A stretch of 64,000 nucleotides of DNA from an uncultured Planctomycetota bacterium (GTDB lineage Bacteria > Planctomycetota > Planctomycetia > Isosphaerales > Isosphaeraceae). Shown one piece after another: positions 42,201 through 55,300 of this stretch (position 1 is the stretch's first letter; each line of letters begins with the position of its first letter). The position numbers were made by a program, and so were the translations under genes. The notes under the pieces are model-generated. The model made no database searches. It saw only the letters and a program-made list of their open reading frames with translations, and was not told the DNA's origin. The stretch lies in NCBI GenBank assembly GCA_963823665.1, contig CAWGMQ010000010.1, forward strand, positions 1,344,001 through 1,408,000. The letters are read 5' to 3'.

Positions 42201-45200
42201 ACGGCTCGAGCAAGAGGCCGTTGTGAGTCAGCGCCGATTCGGCCCAAGGTCCGTCGAACGCCTCGACTGAGAATTCAAACGTGCCCGTCAGCGGATAGTC
42301 GAAAAGGAGGAAATCGACGTCCGAGCCGGCCAGATGTGCGACCACTGAGTCCTGGGCCGTCCAGTAGTTCGGCGACCATCCGCCAGTCGTCTGGTAGCCG
42401 AAGCCGGCATTGGCCGGGTGCCACCACGCGAGGTTGGTGGATTCGAGCACGTTGGGGGCGCCTTGCCCGCGAGCCAGCGCCTCCGCTAGCTCGGCCCTCA
42501 CTCGCGCCAGGCCCGGGCGGCTGCTCGCCTTCTTGGCACGTCCAACCAGCGCTTCCGCCAGCCGCCGACCGGAATGGACCACGGCCTCGTGTTGATCGGA
42601 TAGAGCAGCGCACGCGAGCTGAAAGTCGGTCTCGGAAAATAAGAGCGGCTCGTTCGCGGCGGCCGACACTGCGCGTTTCCCCACTGCGACGGTTCGCGTG
42701 CGGACCTGGGTCTCCGCAGGCTGCGTCTGGTTGTTCCCGTGCTCGATCTCGGCCGCGCGGCTTTCGATCTCGGGAATCACCCCGTCACCCGCGCCGCGCC
42801 AGCTCGACCAGAAGATGAAGCGTCTGGGCGTTCTCGACCTTCTTGTCGGTCTTGAGCAGTGCGACCGCGCGGGCTTCTGCCGCAAGCTGTTCCAGCGTGC
42901 CCGCGCCTCGCGCCGCCTCGATGAGCGCCCGCGCCGTGCTCGCACCGCGTCCGTGCGGCGATGCGGGCCCGCCTTCCTTGCCGGCCCCGGAGCCGTTCGG
43001 CGCGGACGAGCCTGCCGCCGCTCGCCAGAAGATCGAGGGCACGCTCACCCTGCCGCCCGGCGATGTCAGAATCCGCACCGCCTGCCGGTCTTTCTCGGGC
43101 ATCGTCCAGGCATGCAGCGTCTTGTACTGGTCCTGCACCGGACTGGAAGAGATCCGCGCGAGCACCCGCACGAGCGTGCTGTCGACCGGCGGATCACCCC
43201 CCGAGTACGACGGCGTGTCCAGGAACCGGCCGAGCGTTGCCATCGCGTCGGCCCACAGCCCCGCGCGGGCATACTCGCCCGCGACCCGCTCGAGCTGCTG
43301 CTTCCGGACGTACATGACGTAGTCGCCGGCGTACCGCACGCTGCTCTTCTCCGCCGATTCCAGGTACGCCTCGAGCTGCTTCCGGCCCGCCGAGTTTTCC
43401 CCAAGCTGGAACTGCCGCCGCGCCACGATCAACAAGAGCGATGCCAGCGGCTCCGGCCCTCCCGAGGTTCTCGAGCCCTTTGGTGCAGGAGTCCAGCAAG
43501 GCGAGCGCCGCCTTCGCCACTTCCGGCGCACGATGCTCGAGCGCCGGGATCGCCGCATGACAAGCCAGCTCCGAAGTCGTTCGCGACGTGTCATTCTTCA
43601 TTCGCACAGCGATCGCCCCGAGCGCCTCGATCGAGCCCGCGCGATCATCGGCCGCGATCGCAAGCTGGGCCGCCAGGATCAGGCCCGGAAGTGCCGCCAT
43701 CACGTGTCCCTGCCGTGCAGCGATCGCACCCTTCAGGTCCTGCGACTTCCCCGCACGCACAGCCCACTCCGCCAGCAGCTTGCCTACACTCTGCGGGCTC
43801 TTGAGCGCCGCGCCGCCCAGCGGCGTCGTGTAGAGGAACAGCTCCGTCGGCCGCTCCGGCGGCATCACCACGTCGCGCAGCGCTTCGTATACGGCTGCCG
43901 GCGCGACCTTGTGCTTCTGCCAGATCGGGTCGAGCTTCATGAGATTGGCGACGACTCGCGGCGCAGCCGGATCGTTCGCGCCCTCGTCGATCATCCCTCG
44001 CTGCACCCGCATCATCCGTGCCTGGTCATTGTTCACCGGCACGACCGGCGGCCCGGCGCGCAATGAGTCGTGCACGGCTTTCAGGCAAAGCTCCGGCAGG
44101 TCGTGCTCTGCCGCCAGCCGCGCGATCTGCATGGCCTGCTCGAACCGATCGAGCGTGAGGATCGACAAGCCCGATCGAGCCCCGGCTGCAGTGCCACGCC
44201 TGGCGGCGGCAGCCTTGCCAGCGGCGCCTGGCCGCTGTCCCGCGGCTTTGCCAGGCTGGGTCACTTGAACGTTCCCCTTCCCCTTCGCCGGTGCCTGATT
44301 CTGATACGAGACCAGTTTGACCAGCGGCCCTCGCCGGGCCGGCTCACCCGCGTCGGCTCGCGGCGGCGCCGCCTTCGTCGCCGGCGCCGGCGCACCTGCT
44401 GCGCACCCGCGCGGGCCGGAACCGGCCCGGCCTTCTTCGCCTTGTTCTGCGGCGGATTGACGACGATGTCCAGCATGCGGCCCCAGGCGGCGAGTGCCCC
44501 CGTGCGATCGCCCTTCTCGAGCGCCCGTTCACCCTGCTCGCGAATCATCGCCAGGTAAAACGTGTTGTCGGTCTGCCGCCGCGCCGCCTCGAGCGCGGGG
44601 TGCCAACCGCTCCGCGAGCCTGGCTGTATCCGGGTCGTCCTTCAGGCTCCAGCAGGCCCGCGCCACCAGCCAGAGCGGAATCTGCCGCGCCGCCAGCGCC
44701 CTCTGCCGCGCATCGCGCGCTCGCCGGCCCCGAGCGCCTCGAGCGGCGTCTTCTCGACGAGCCCCAAAAGCCGCGCAACCGCCGGCGCCTTCCGCGCCGG
44801 ATCATTTCCCGCCATCGCCCGCAGGGCCTCGCAGATCGCCAGCCCGAGGTCGTCGGGATGCTTCTTCCGCGCTTCCTCGAGCGCGGCTGCGAGCTGATCG
44901 TCACCCTTCTCGCCAGCACGCTGCTTCGCTGGCGCGGCGGTCACCGCCTCGGCAAAGAGGCTGCGCACCCGGGCCTTCGCAAGGTCGCGCGGGTGCGCAA
45001 GCACCATCATGTCCAGGAACGGCTCGTCTTTTTTCGGTTTGCTCGAGCCCGCGAAGGCACCGCTCTCCGGCGGCTTCGCAGGCTTCGTCGCTCCACCGGC
45101 ACCCGCCGGGCTCTCTTCAGACTTGATCAGGCGCGAAAGCCCCGCGGCCAGCTCGTCCGGAGTCACGGCGTCGAGCGCCCGCGTGAGCCCCACGTTGAAA

Positions 45201-48200
45201 AAGCCCACCGAGCCGTCGCCGCTGACGAAATACCGCGGTGAGTCGGGCGCCAGCTCGGCCGAGAGCCCGATCGCCTGGTTGTACAGGAGCACCGCGTCGG
45301 CCGCGAACCCCAGCTCGAGCAGCTTGTCGGCGGCGCTCGCCAGCCCCTGAATCTTCATCTGTTTCAGGTAGTCGACGGGATAGCCGATATTCTGGCTCAT
45401 CGACTCGTCGGTCTTTGAGAATTTGAGGAGCAGCCGCCTGATGTCTTCGCGGCGATGGTCTCGGTCGTAGAGACTGATCAGCTTGGCGGCCGGTCCATTG
45501 ATCTGGAGACGGCTGTACGGGTCGTCGTCGGGGCGATGGAGCGCCGCTTCATAGACCGTGTAAGCCAGGTTCTCGGGTTGCGGCATGGTTTTCCAGCTCC
45601 TCGCCGACGATCCAGTACACGTTCGTAAACATGTTCGCATCCGGCTTCTTTTCGAGCAGCGGCTGCAAGCCCTTCCGGGCTTGATCAAACCGGCCCAGCC
45701 GGCAGTCCAGCATGGCCAGGAGCACCTCGCCCGCCGTCCAATCGGGCATCGCCTTGCGAGCTTTCTCGATCTGGCCCTTGAGCTGCTCGAGCTGGCCGTG
45801 GCCCGCCGCGTTGTCCAGGACCATCGAGGCGATCGAGGTCGTGCGGCCGTCTCCACTGTATGAGAGAATGTTGAACATCTCGTACCACTGATTGAGCGGC
45901 TGAAACGATGCTGGGTTCGGAATCACCGCCTCCAGCAGATATCCCTCCATTTCGGGCATCTGCCAGAGATCAAGCTGCGGCATGAGCCGCAAAAGCTGCG
46001 ACCGCTCATCCGGGAACGCGTCCCATGCCTTCTTCATGAAGCTCGCCGCCCGGCTCCTGAAGGCCTTGTCATTTGACATGTTGGAAATCATGTTGAATAC
46101 ATAGGCAGACTGTCCGAACTGGCGGAAATCCATCTGGTCGAGCAGCTTCAGGAGCTCTTCGCTCTTGCCGGCCTGCTGAAACGCGTTCTGGACCTGGAAG
46201 AAGAAGCGAGTGAGCACGACGGGGTCTTTCTGGAGCAGCACCTTGTAGTGCTCGATGGCCGCCGCAGCCTGGTTCTGCTGCATGAGCTGCTGCGCCACCT
46301 GGATCCGCAGGTTGGAATCATCCGGCCGTAGCGCGATCACACTGGCAAGCTCGGCCGTCGCTTTCTCGCGCTGGCCCGAGGCCTGATAGTAGTCCGCCAG
46401 CGTCTGGTGCAGCCCGATCGACCTCGGCGTCTTCTTGAGCTGCTCCGTCGTGCGCTCGATGAGCTGGGCGAGCCGACCGGAGTGCGCCAGCATGTTGATG
46501 GCGGCGTTGCGGTTGGGGTCCACGGCGCCCGTCGCCCGGACGTTGACGGCACTCCCCGCGCGCACGGCCGAAGTCGACCGCAGGATCTGCATCGCCACTT
46601 GCACGGCAACGTCGAGCTGACCCTGCCGCTGGTATTGCAGCATCATGCCCGCCAGAGCGCTCGCCTGGTTGCCGGCGCGGCGGCGTGCGCGCCCGAGCAC
46701 GGCCTCGGCCAGCTCGTGCAGGCCGAGCTGGTGCATCTGCCCGGCGAGCCGAACCTGCGTGTCGGTGTCCAGCCGCAGTCCGAACAGCCGCTCTGCCGCC
46801 TGCCGCGCACGCTCGAGATCGCCGGAGAGCACCGCCAGCCTGAGTGCGATCTCCTCGCGCCGCTTCATCCGCGTGTTGTCGAGCGGCTGCACCGATTCAG
46901 TGGTCTGAAGCGCCGCTGCCCGGTCCCCCTGTTGCTCAAGCAGCTCCGCCAGGTCCAGCCGCAAGTCCGACTCCGGCTTGGATGTCTCGGCAACCTTGGT
47001 GATCTCGGCGGTCGCATCTTCCTTGTCATCATCCCACCACAACACGCTCGCCAGCGCCATCCTCGGGTAACTCGCATCGACCGCGGTCTTGGCCTCGGCC
47101 ACCTGCCGGCGAAAGTGACTCACCACGTCGCTCGTCAAGTCGTCGCGCTTGAACAGGTCGAACGCGCTGCGAAGCACCTGGATCGCCGAGGCGTCGAGGT
47201 ACTCATTCGGCGACGGGAAGCCGACCTGCGCCTGACGAATCAGCGCGCCGCTGGAGGTCTGCATCATAGCCGAGCCGACAGTGCCGCCACCTCGCGCCGA
47301 AGCGCTGCCCGGCGTCTGCCGCTCCAGCCGCTTTCTCGCGGCGGTGAGCTCATGATCGAGGATCTTCAGCACGTCATCATGGGCCTTGGCGTCGGCTCGG
47401 ACGGTCATGCATTGGGCGACCGCCGCCGCCGACCCGGCGAAATAGAACGATCCAGTGTAATAGTACTGGCCGCCGCGACTGCTTTGCAGCCGCTCGTAAC
47501 GGTCGCAGAGCAAGAGCAGGCTCTCGACGTCCCCCTTCTCGGCCGCCAGGCCGAAAACGCCCGCGATCTGCCCGATCTTGGTTGCGCCCGCGATCGATTC
47601 CCGATAGAGCTTCGCTTCCTCGTCAGTTCGCTTGGCTCGCTTCAGCTCGGTGAACACGATCTGGAGAATCTGGGTCTCCGCCAGCTCCGGCCGGCGGGCT
47701 CGCAGCGCGCGGTAGCACACGAGCGCATGGTCCAGCTCGGCCGCGGGCAAGGGCGGAGTCGTGTCCTTGACCTGGTTGCCACTTCCACTTCCAAGGCCGG
47801 TAACGATGCGCTGTCCAGCGGTGCGCTCACGCCCGCCCAGAGAATACAAGTACGCCCACAGCGCCAGCGGATCGTTGGGCGCACCCTGGCTCAGCCGCTT
47901 GCCGGCGGCGACGATCCCGGCATTGTCGTAGCGCAGCAGGCTCAGGTAAAACCAGTCCCACAGCGCCCGCGGGTCGGCAGGGCTCTTTTCCCCGGCCTTG
48001 CGAAACCTCGCGATCACCTCCTCGCCCCGCGCCTTGCCCTTCTTCTCGGCGAGCGCCACCAGCCAGGCCAGGCTGGCCATTCGCGCCTGGCCGAAGTCAC
48101 TCGGTGCCCACACCGTCGGCAGCGCCCGGCTCGACAGCACAAGGCGGTTGTCCAGGTTCGTCGCCCGTCGGATCTGAAGCACCTGGGCCAGCCGCTGTTC

Positions 48201-51200
48201 GATCGGATGCCCGGTCGTTTGTCGCATCGCGCTCGGCAACGTGCTCGCGGCGTTCAGCTTGGGGTCCTTGCTCCGCGCCCTGCTCATGGCACTCAGCTCG
48301 TCGTCCGGATTTCCCAGCTCCAAGATCGCCCCGAAACGCTCGGCGGCCAGGTCAGGCTTACCGGCGTCGACGAGTGAGATGCCCAGGCGATAGATCGACT
48401 CCCAGTCGTGTGAGTCTTTCCGCACGAGCGCATCGGCAATCTCGGTCACCGGCCCCGCCTTCTTCTGCGAGAGCAGGTTGTCCATTGCCGAGAAGATCCG
48501 GTGGCGGTCGCTTTTGCCGGAGGCCATCTTCGACCACACGTCCTCCGCCTCCTCCAGCTCGCCGCTACGGGCATAGAGCTGCGCCAGCCTTGACGCGCCG
48601 TCATCAGAAGGCGCCAGATCGTTCTGTTGCTTCTGATACCGCGCCGCCGTTTCCAGGTCGCCCTCCTCCTCGGCCAGCTTGGAAAGCTGCTGCAAGAGCC
48701 GAGTGTCGCGGGTATCCGTCGCCAGCAGCCGCTCCAGCTCGGCTCGCGCACTGCCGAGATCGCCTGAGGATGCATAGGCCTGTGCCATGCAGATCGCCAC
48801 GTCCCGGCTCTTGGTTTGCCCAGCACCCGGCGCCGCCGCCTCGCGCTCCTGATGCTGCAGCCGCGTGAATAGCCGGTCGAGCTGATTGCGCTGGAGGTAA
48901 AGCTCGGTGAGCTTGCTCACCGTGCCGATCTTGCCGTCGAGGTCCTCCGACTTGTCAAACGCCCGCCAGTACATCTCGATCGCTTCATCCGTGCGATACT
49001 GCTCGGCCAGGGTGCCCGCCAGGGAGAGCGCGATCTTGGTGTCATTCGGGTCGAGCCGCACAGCCCTGCGCAACGCGTCGAGCCCTTCGTCCGGTCTGCC
49101 CAGCCCGAAGCAAAGCTGGGCAAAGAACTCGTAGCTTTCCGGGTTCCCCGGCGCCGCCGCCAGCAAGTCCCGCCCCGCCTTGAGCGCCGGCTCAACCCGC
49201 CCCAGCCGCGCCTCGAGCCGTGCCACACCCGTCAAATGCTCGATCCGATTGCGGCGATCAATCTCCGCCAGCCGCAAGAGCGCCGCCGCTGCATCACCCA
49301 GGCTCCCCGCCGACTCGCGCAACCGGGCTGCCAGCGTCCACGCGGGAACCGACCGCGGGTCAATCTCGAGCGCCTTGTCAGCCGCCCGCACCGCCTCCGG
49401 CAGCTTGGCATCGGCCTCCAGATAACGCGCGAGCACAATCCAGGTCGGAGCCGACGGTTGCTTTGCGGCGGTCAGCTCGCGTTGCATGGCCTCGACTCGC
49501 TGGGCCACGCGATTGGCAGCCTGGTCGTTCTTGACGCGAGCGTCCAGAACTGCGTCCTTTTCTTCATCCTTCTCGGCAAGCTTCGCCGCGGCCGCAAGCT
49601 GAGTCTCGGCATCGTCATACTTTTCGAGGCGATGGTTGAGGCTCGCCAGCTTGAGCCGCAGATCAAAGCTGTCCGGCTCGAGCCCGACAGCTTCCGCAAG
49701 CGGAGGCAGGGCCTCCTTCAAGTATCCGAACCCGGCGAGCACCTCGGAGAGCCTGGCCAGTGTCCTGGAGCCCCGATTGGCTCCCTCAGCGATCTTGGCC
49801 CATTCGGCCTTGGCTTCATCGGAACGCTTGAGGTTATGCAGGTATTCGCCAATGTATTCTCGGTACTGGGGGTTGCTCGGGGCGAGAAGGGCGGCCTTGC
49901 GATAGAGCGCGAGTGCATCGTCGGTCATCTCCGCCTGCCGGAGCAGGTCCGCGACCTGCGCGGCGGTGACGGCATCATTCGGCTTGGCGTCGAGCATCTT
50001 GCGCCAGATGGCGGCGGCAGCCGCCTTCTTCTCGGGCCCGGCCTTGGTGGTGTCGCGCAGAACGAGGGCACCCCAGTCTCGGAGCGTGTCGGGGTTATTG
50101 GGCTCGGCTTGATCCAGGGCTTCGTACTCCCTGGCCGCCTCGGCGAACTTCTGGTCGTGGACGAGCTGCGAGATCAGGGCGAGTCGGAGATCGCGTCTCG
50201 AAGGAGCAAGCTTGACGGCCTTGTCAAACCAGACGTGCGCCTCGGCCGCCCGTCCCATGCCGGCGAGAGTGCGGCCCAGCCGGACCAAGGCTTCGACATC
50301 ATCCGTTTCGCGTTTGGTCCATTGCTCGTAGTAGTTGACGAGGCCCGCCTGATCATCGTTTCGAAGAAAGACCTCTTCGATCTTGCGCCGGACTTCACGA
50401 TGGAGCCAGCTATCAGGCCGGAGCTTGCCCAGCATGGTCTCGAAGTCGTGAAGCGCCTCCTGGGATTTTCCCAGCCGGACTTTCAGATCGGCGGCCGAGA
50501 TGGCAAGCTGAACCTGGCGGAAAGGATCGGTGGCCTTCTTTGAAAGAGCCTCAAACCGAGGCAGCGCGGCGGCGGGTTGATTTTCCTCGCCGAGCGTCTG
50601 CGCGATCTGTTCCTGGACGCGAGTATCGCCGGGAAAGAGTGCCTCAAGCCGAGCCCAGACCTGGAGGGCCTGGTCGTTCTTCTGGGTGCGCTGGTAAACG
50701 CGGCCCAGAGCTTGAAAGATATCCAGCAAATCGGTGCGAGCGGGCTTGCGAGCGAGAGCGCGCTCAAAGGCTTCGGCGGCATTCTCGGGCTGGCCGATCA
50801 GGACGAGTGCCTGCCCAAGATAATAAGAGGGTAGGGGGTCATCGACCCGGTGGGTTTCGGCCTGCTTGAGCGCCGTCACGGCGGCGGCGTCCTGTCCGCG
50901 CTGAAACTCGAGCAGCCCGAGGATCAGCCAGGCAGCGCCGTCGTCGGGTTTCTTGTCGAGCCGATCGCGATACGACTTGATGAATTCATCAAGCGATCCG
51001 CGCTCGACATGATATCCGTACACGCGGTCCAGCGGCGTGCCGCGCCGCGGGTTCTTTTCGAGCAGCGAGAGGAACCGCTCCATCGACCGCCGCTCGCGAG
51101 TTTCGCTTGCGTCGGCTTCATCGACCGGCACGGCGGCCGGGGCGGGGCGAGGTTGCTGCTTTGGTTGTGAGTTGCCGCTGCCCTGAGCGCCTGCGGCAGA

Positions 51201-51269
51201 GGCGAGCACGGTTGCATAAAGGAAGATGGTCGCGATCAAGTGACGTAGCGTCCTGAAGTTTAGCAACAT
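39256..51269 (-). CDS. Giant (~4000 aa) signal-peptide TPR protein with C-terminal DUF1583/DUF1581 domains; about eight frameshifts
   Basis: 1906-aa TPR ORF 45549..51269 continues through 44642, 44261, 43194, 42785, 40345, 39818 and 39256 pieces. Two copies of Y.RP..DG....YEF...P...VHPALDRL.FL.EP.GV..H..T (DUF1581-like). Confidence 0.8.
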
Positions 51270-51519
51270 AAATTCATCCTCATGCGACGGGGTGCTCTCG
51301 CCGACATTCGGTGCTGCGCCCTGCTCTCCGGTTGGCCCTCACCCCAGCCCTCCCGCGTGCGCACAACTGCTCTTCAAACTGCGACGATTGTCAAGGATGC
51401 CAGCGCGCAAGATATCGGCTCTGAATTGCTTCGTCAAACAAAATGGCGTTCGCGGCACACGGTGAAAGCTCCTGCCGCCCGGCACGCGAATGTGCGCGCG
51501 TCTTTGAGATTAACCGCGC

Positions 51520-51543
51520 CTAGGGCCGACACCCCTGTCGGCC
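51520..51543 (+). repeat. Second REP-like hairpin type
   Basis: CTAG-GGCCGAC-ACCCCT-GTCGGCC in the divergent intergenic region; single copy seen. Confidence 0.4.
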
Positions 51544-51735
51544 GGGCGTCGAAACGTGCCACGATCCGTTTTACATCGAGGAATTCGATGCGACGATTCA
51601 ACGGTCACTCACAGTCCGCGCTGCGTCCAGATGCTCAATCACAGTTTGCCGGTCTGCAGGCTCGGCGTACTTGGCTGTTAAGACCGTTCCGCGCACACTA
51701 AGATGGTATGAACGGTGGTTGGATGGAATGAAAGC

Positions 51736-52020
51736 ATGGAGCTTCGCTTTTGGATCGACGCTGAAACGTCTCTGCCGCACATCTTCAATCATGGCGTCAG
51801 CGAGGAAGAAGTGCGGCACGTCCTGAGTCGGAGGGGAGAAGAATTCCCTGGCCGTGATCATTCGCGGATACGGCTGGGTCAGACGGCCGCGGGTCGGTAT
51901 CTTCAAGTTGTTTACGTGATGGATGTTTCTGGCGACGGGGCATTTGTCATCACAGCCTTCGACCTGACGCCAAAGGCGAAGCAAGCATTTCGAAAGCGCC
52001 AACGGAGGAAGCGGAAATGA
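51736..52020 (+). CDS. BrnT/DUF4258-like type II toxin (putative RNase)
   Basis: HIFNHGVSEEEV..VL, R..LGQT.AGRYLQVVY, FVITA.DL, basic tail. Confidence 0.7.
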   Translation: MELRFWIDAETSLPHIFNHGVSEEEVRHVLSRRGEEFPGRDHSRIRLGQTAAGRYLQVVYVMDVSGDGAFVITAFDLTPKAKQAFRKRQRRKRK

Positions 52021-52226
52021 CCAAGAAGAACAAACAGTTGTATCCCGACGGTTGGAGTGAAGAGCGAATCCGCAAGGTCGCCAAGCATTACGACGATCAG
52101 ACCGAAGCCGAACAGGTAGCCGAACACGAAGCGGCCTTTCGCGCCGAAGGCCAGACGGTCATGGTCGTGCCCACGGAGCTCGTACCAGAGATCGTCAAGC
52201 TCATTGGCAAGAAACGCCCGGCGTAG
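52017..52226 (+). CDS. Putative cognate antitoxin
   Basis: ATGA overlap with the toxin; 69 aa with acidic core HYDDQTEAEQVAEHE and VP.ELVPEI tail. Confidence 0.65.
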   Translation: MTKKNKQLYPDGWSEERIRKVAKHYDDQTEAEQVAEHEAAFRAEGQTVMVVPTELVPEIVKLIGKKRPA

Positions 52227-52382
52227 GACTTGCGCTCCGGGCCCTCTCGAACGGCCCTTTGCCCGACAATCGGCAGGCTGACTCCGTCCACGTACTTCCT
52301 CCTCGCGCCGCGATCTTCTGCCAGGCCGGCTGAGCCTGATCCTGTCTCCGCTGGAACTGCTTCAACGACTCGCGCAATCCCG

Positions 52383-55300
52383 TCATGGCCCGTTCGGCTC
52401 AGCCGCCCCCGCTCTTCCCGGCACAGCTCCCGCGGCCCGATTTCCGCCGGCCGCCCGCCGCGGCTTGGCCTCTGGCGGCGTGACGACCAGCTCCAGCATC
52501 CGTGACCACACCCGCGTCGCCTCGGTCCGATCATTCCGGTCAAACGCCGCCTGCCCCTGTTCCCGCAGCATCGCCAGCAGCCACACGCGATCGTCCTGCC
52601 GGCGAGCGGCTTCGAGCGCCCGCGCCGCGAGCCGGTCGCCGACCGCACGCACGGACGACGGATTCGCCTGCCGGCGGCATTCGCGGGCGACCAGCCAGAG
52701 CGGGATCTGCCCCAGGGCTGCTGCCCGCTCGCGAGCGTTCGCCCTGGCACCGCCAGCCAGCGGCTCTAGCGGCGTCTTCTCGACAAGCGCGGCGAGCTGC
52801 TCGAGCGCTGCATGAATACGGGCATCGTCGTGCGATGCCAGGGCCTGGAGCGCAAGACAGATTGCGACCGACAGATCGTCGGCGTGCGCCTGTCGCAGCG
52901 CTTCGAGCGGTTGCACGAGCCCCGCGAGCTCGGTGGCGCTGCATGCGAGCAGCGAATCGGCGACCAGGCTGCGCACCGACGCCTGGTCGAGGCCGCGGGG
53001 ATGCACGATCGTCATCAGATCGATGGCCTGGCCACCCCGCCCGCCCGCCGGTCCCATCGCCGCGGCCCCTGGCTTCGCCGTCGCTTTCGCTTGCGCCGCC
53101 GCGGTAATTGCCCGCGGTGCCAGCGCGCTTAGCTCGGATTCGCTCATCCCGGCAATCGCGGCGTTCAACCGCTCGCCGATCTGGCGCGGAACGGCGGTCA
53201 TGCCGGGGAACATCGACGACAAGAGCGAAGGATCCACTCGCTCGCCCAGACTCTCGCCCTCGCGCAGAATGAGCACGGCGTCGGCTGCGAACCCCAGCTC
53301 AACCAGCGACGCCCCGATCGCATTCAGGCCCACCAAATGAATCACCCGAGCGGTCTCCTCGGCGTACCCTTGCGGGTTCCACGAGCCGCGGGCAAACGCG
53401 AGCAATGTGTGGCGGGCTTCCTCTGCGCGGCCCGCGCGCATCGCCAGTTGCACGAGATCATGGACGGGAATGTGGTCGGTCGCGTTCAGGAACCGAAATT
53501 GAACGAATGCGTGCGGATCATCGCAACATGCCTCGTAGGCCGCCAGAGCGACGTCCCGTGTGGCGGCATATTTCTCGAGCTCCCGGCCAAGCATCCAGTA
53601 GACGAACACCCTGTAGACGCCGATTTCGTCAACGGCCTCGTCTTGCTTCAGCAATTCGATTGCTCGCGGCACGACGGCGCGTGCTTCATCGAACCGGCCG
53701 GCGCGGCAGAAGACCATCGCTTGCAGCGGGCCGGCTGCCAGCCACTGCGGCGAGCGCTTCGCGGCGACGTTGATCCGTTCGAGCAGGGCCTCGAGCGATC
53801 CGCGCTCCTCCGCCAGATCCAGAAGCCGCAGCACCGCCGGCGTGGGCTCGTTCTTCACGGCGGTGGGAGCGTTCAATCCCAGCGGGATTTGCCAGGCGTA
53901 GGCGAGGTACATGGCGATCGAAGACCGGGCCGAACCGGGCAAGATCCCGTCGCACGCATACTCAAACATTTCGGGCAACCGCCAGATGTCGTCGCGCGCC
54001 ATGCGCCCGGCAAGAATCGGGTGCTGGCCCGGGAAGGCAGCCCACGCCCTGCGATAGAGCCGCTTGACTCCCTCGCTCGTCTTCGGGTCAGGCGGTGCGA
54101 TTTCGATGAGGCGGACGATGTAGGAGCTGGGCACGTCCGCGAGCGCCTTGACGTCGACCCCGTTGAGCAGCTCGATCAGCTCGCCGGCCTTGCCCGCTCG
54201 CTCGAACAGCGTCGTCATCTCGTACATTGAGTTCGCTGCGAGATACGGGTCCTTCTCGAACACCCCCTGGTAATAGCGCAGGCCCGCAGAGGATTCGCCG
54301 CTCTCGACGAGTTGAAGGGCCAGCCGGAGCCGGAGCTCGTTGTCTTCCGGCCGCAGCTCCGCGACCCGCGCCATCTCGATTCGAGCGCGGTCGCTCTGGC
54401 GAGCGGCGGTGTAGTAATCGGCGAGCGTGTGGTGAAGTGCGACCGAGTTCGGCGTCTTCTTGAGCTGCTCGCGAGTGCGCTCGATCAGCTCCGGAAGTAG
54501 GCCCGACGCCGCAAGCACGCGCATCGCCGCCGGTCGCGCCGTTTCCGCATCGAGGGAGGATTGCGACGCAGCCGCAAGCGAGCTGCGGGTACCGCGCAGG
54601 ACCTGCATCGCGATCTGCGCGGCCGCTTCGAGCTTGCCCTGTCGTCCGTACTGCGTCATCAGCTCGACCAGCGCGCCGCTCTGTCCCCCGGCGCGGCGGC
54701 GGGCGCGGCCGAGCAAGGCTTCGGCCAGGTCGTGCAATCCAAGCTGATGCATCTGGCCCGAGAGCCGGATCTGCGTCTCGGTGTCGAGCCGCAGGCCGAA
54801 GAGCCGCTCGGCCGCTCGCCGCGCTCGCTCAGCATTTCCGGTCGCGATCGCCGCCGTGATCGCCAGCTCCTCACGGCGTTTCAGGCTCATGTTGTCCAGC
54901 GGTTGGACCGCGTCCAGAATCTCGATCGCATCCGCCGGCAATGCCTGTTGCATCAACAAGTCCGCCAGGTCGAACCGCAGATCCGACTCGGGCCGCCCCG
55001 CGTTGACGACTTTCGTCAGCTCGGCGATGGCCTCGTCCTTCTGGTCGGTCCACCACAGGATCGCTGAAAGCGAAAGCCGCGGGTAGATCGCCTCGGCCGG
55101 GGTCGCTGCACGGTCGGTCTGGCCCCGGAAGTGGCTCATCAGGTCGCTCATCAGGTCGTCGCGCTTGTAGATCTCGAAAGCCGTGCGAAGCACGTAGAGC
55201 ACCGTCAAGTCGAAAAACTCGTTGACTTGCGGATACGTCATCCGCGCCGACACTTGCCGGGATCCGAGCGGGATCCGGAGGGTGGGTACATACCCCGGCG

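Noticed and set aside
44261..44264. GTGA stop/start overlap splitting the giant TPR gene in two
   Set aside because: The downstream frame stays open upstream as a natural linker (APAPATKAAPP..PLVKLVSYQNQ), while the stopping frame reads as poly-Arg. A frameshift near 44400 is more likely.
32508..50543. Long + strand ORFs such as 32508..33992, 46407..48377 and 49236..50543
   Set aside because: Antisense shadows of GC-rich genes; no recognisable motifs.
52201..52386. 61-aa ORF coupled (ATGA) to the short TPR gene
   Set aside because: No recognisable motif and it overlaps the antitoxin end; it may be a remnant but is unsupported.
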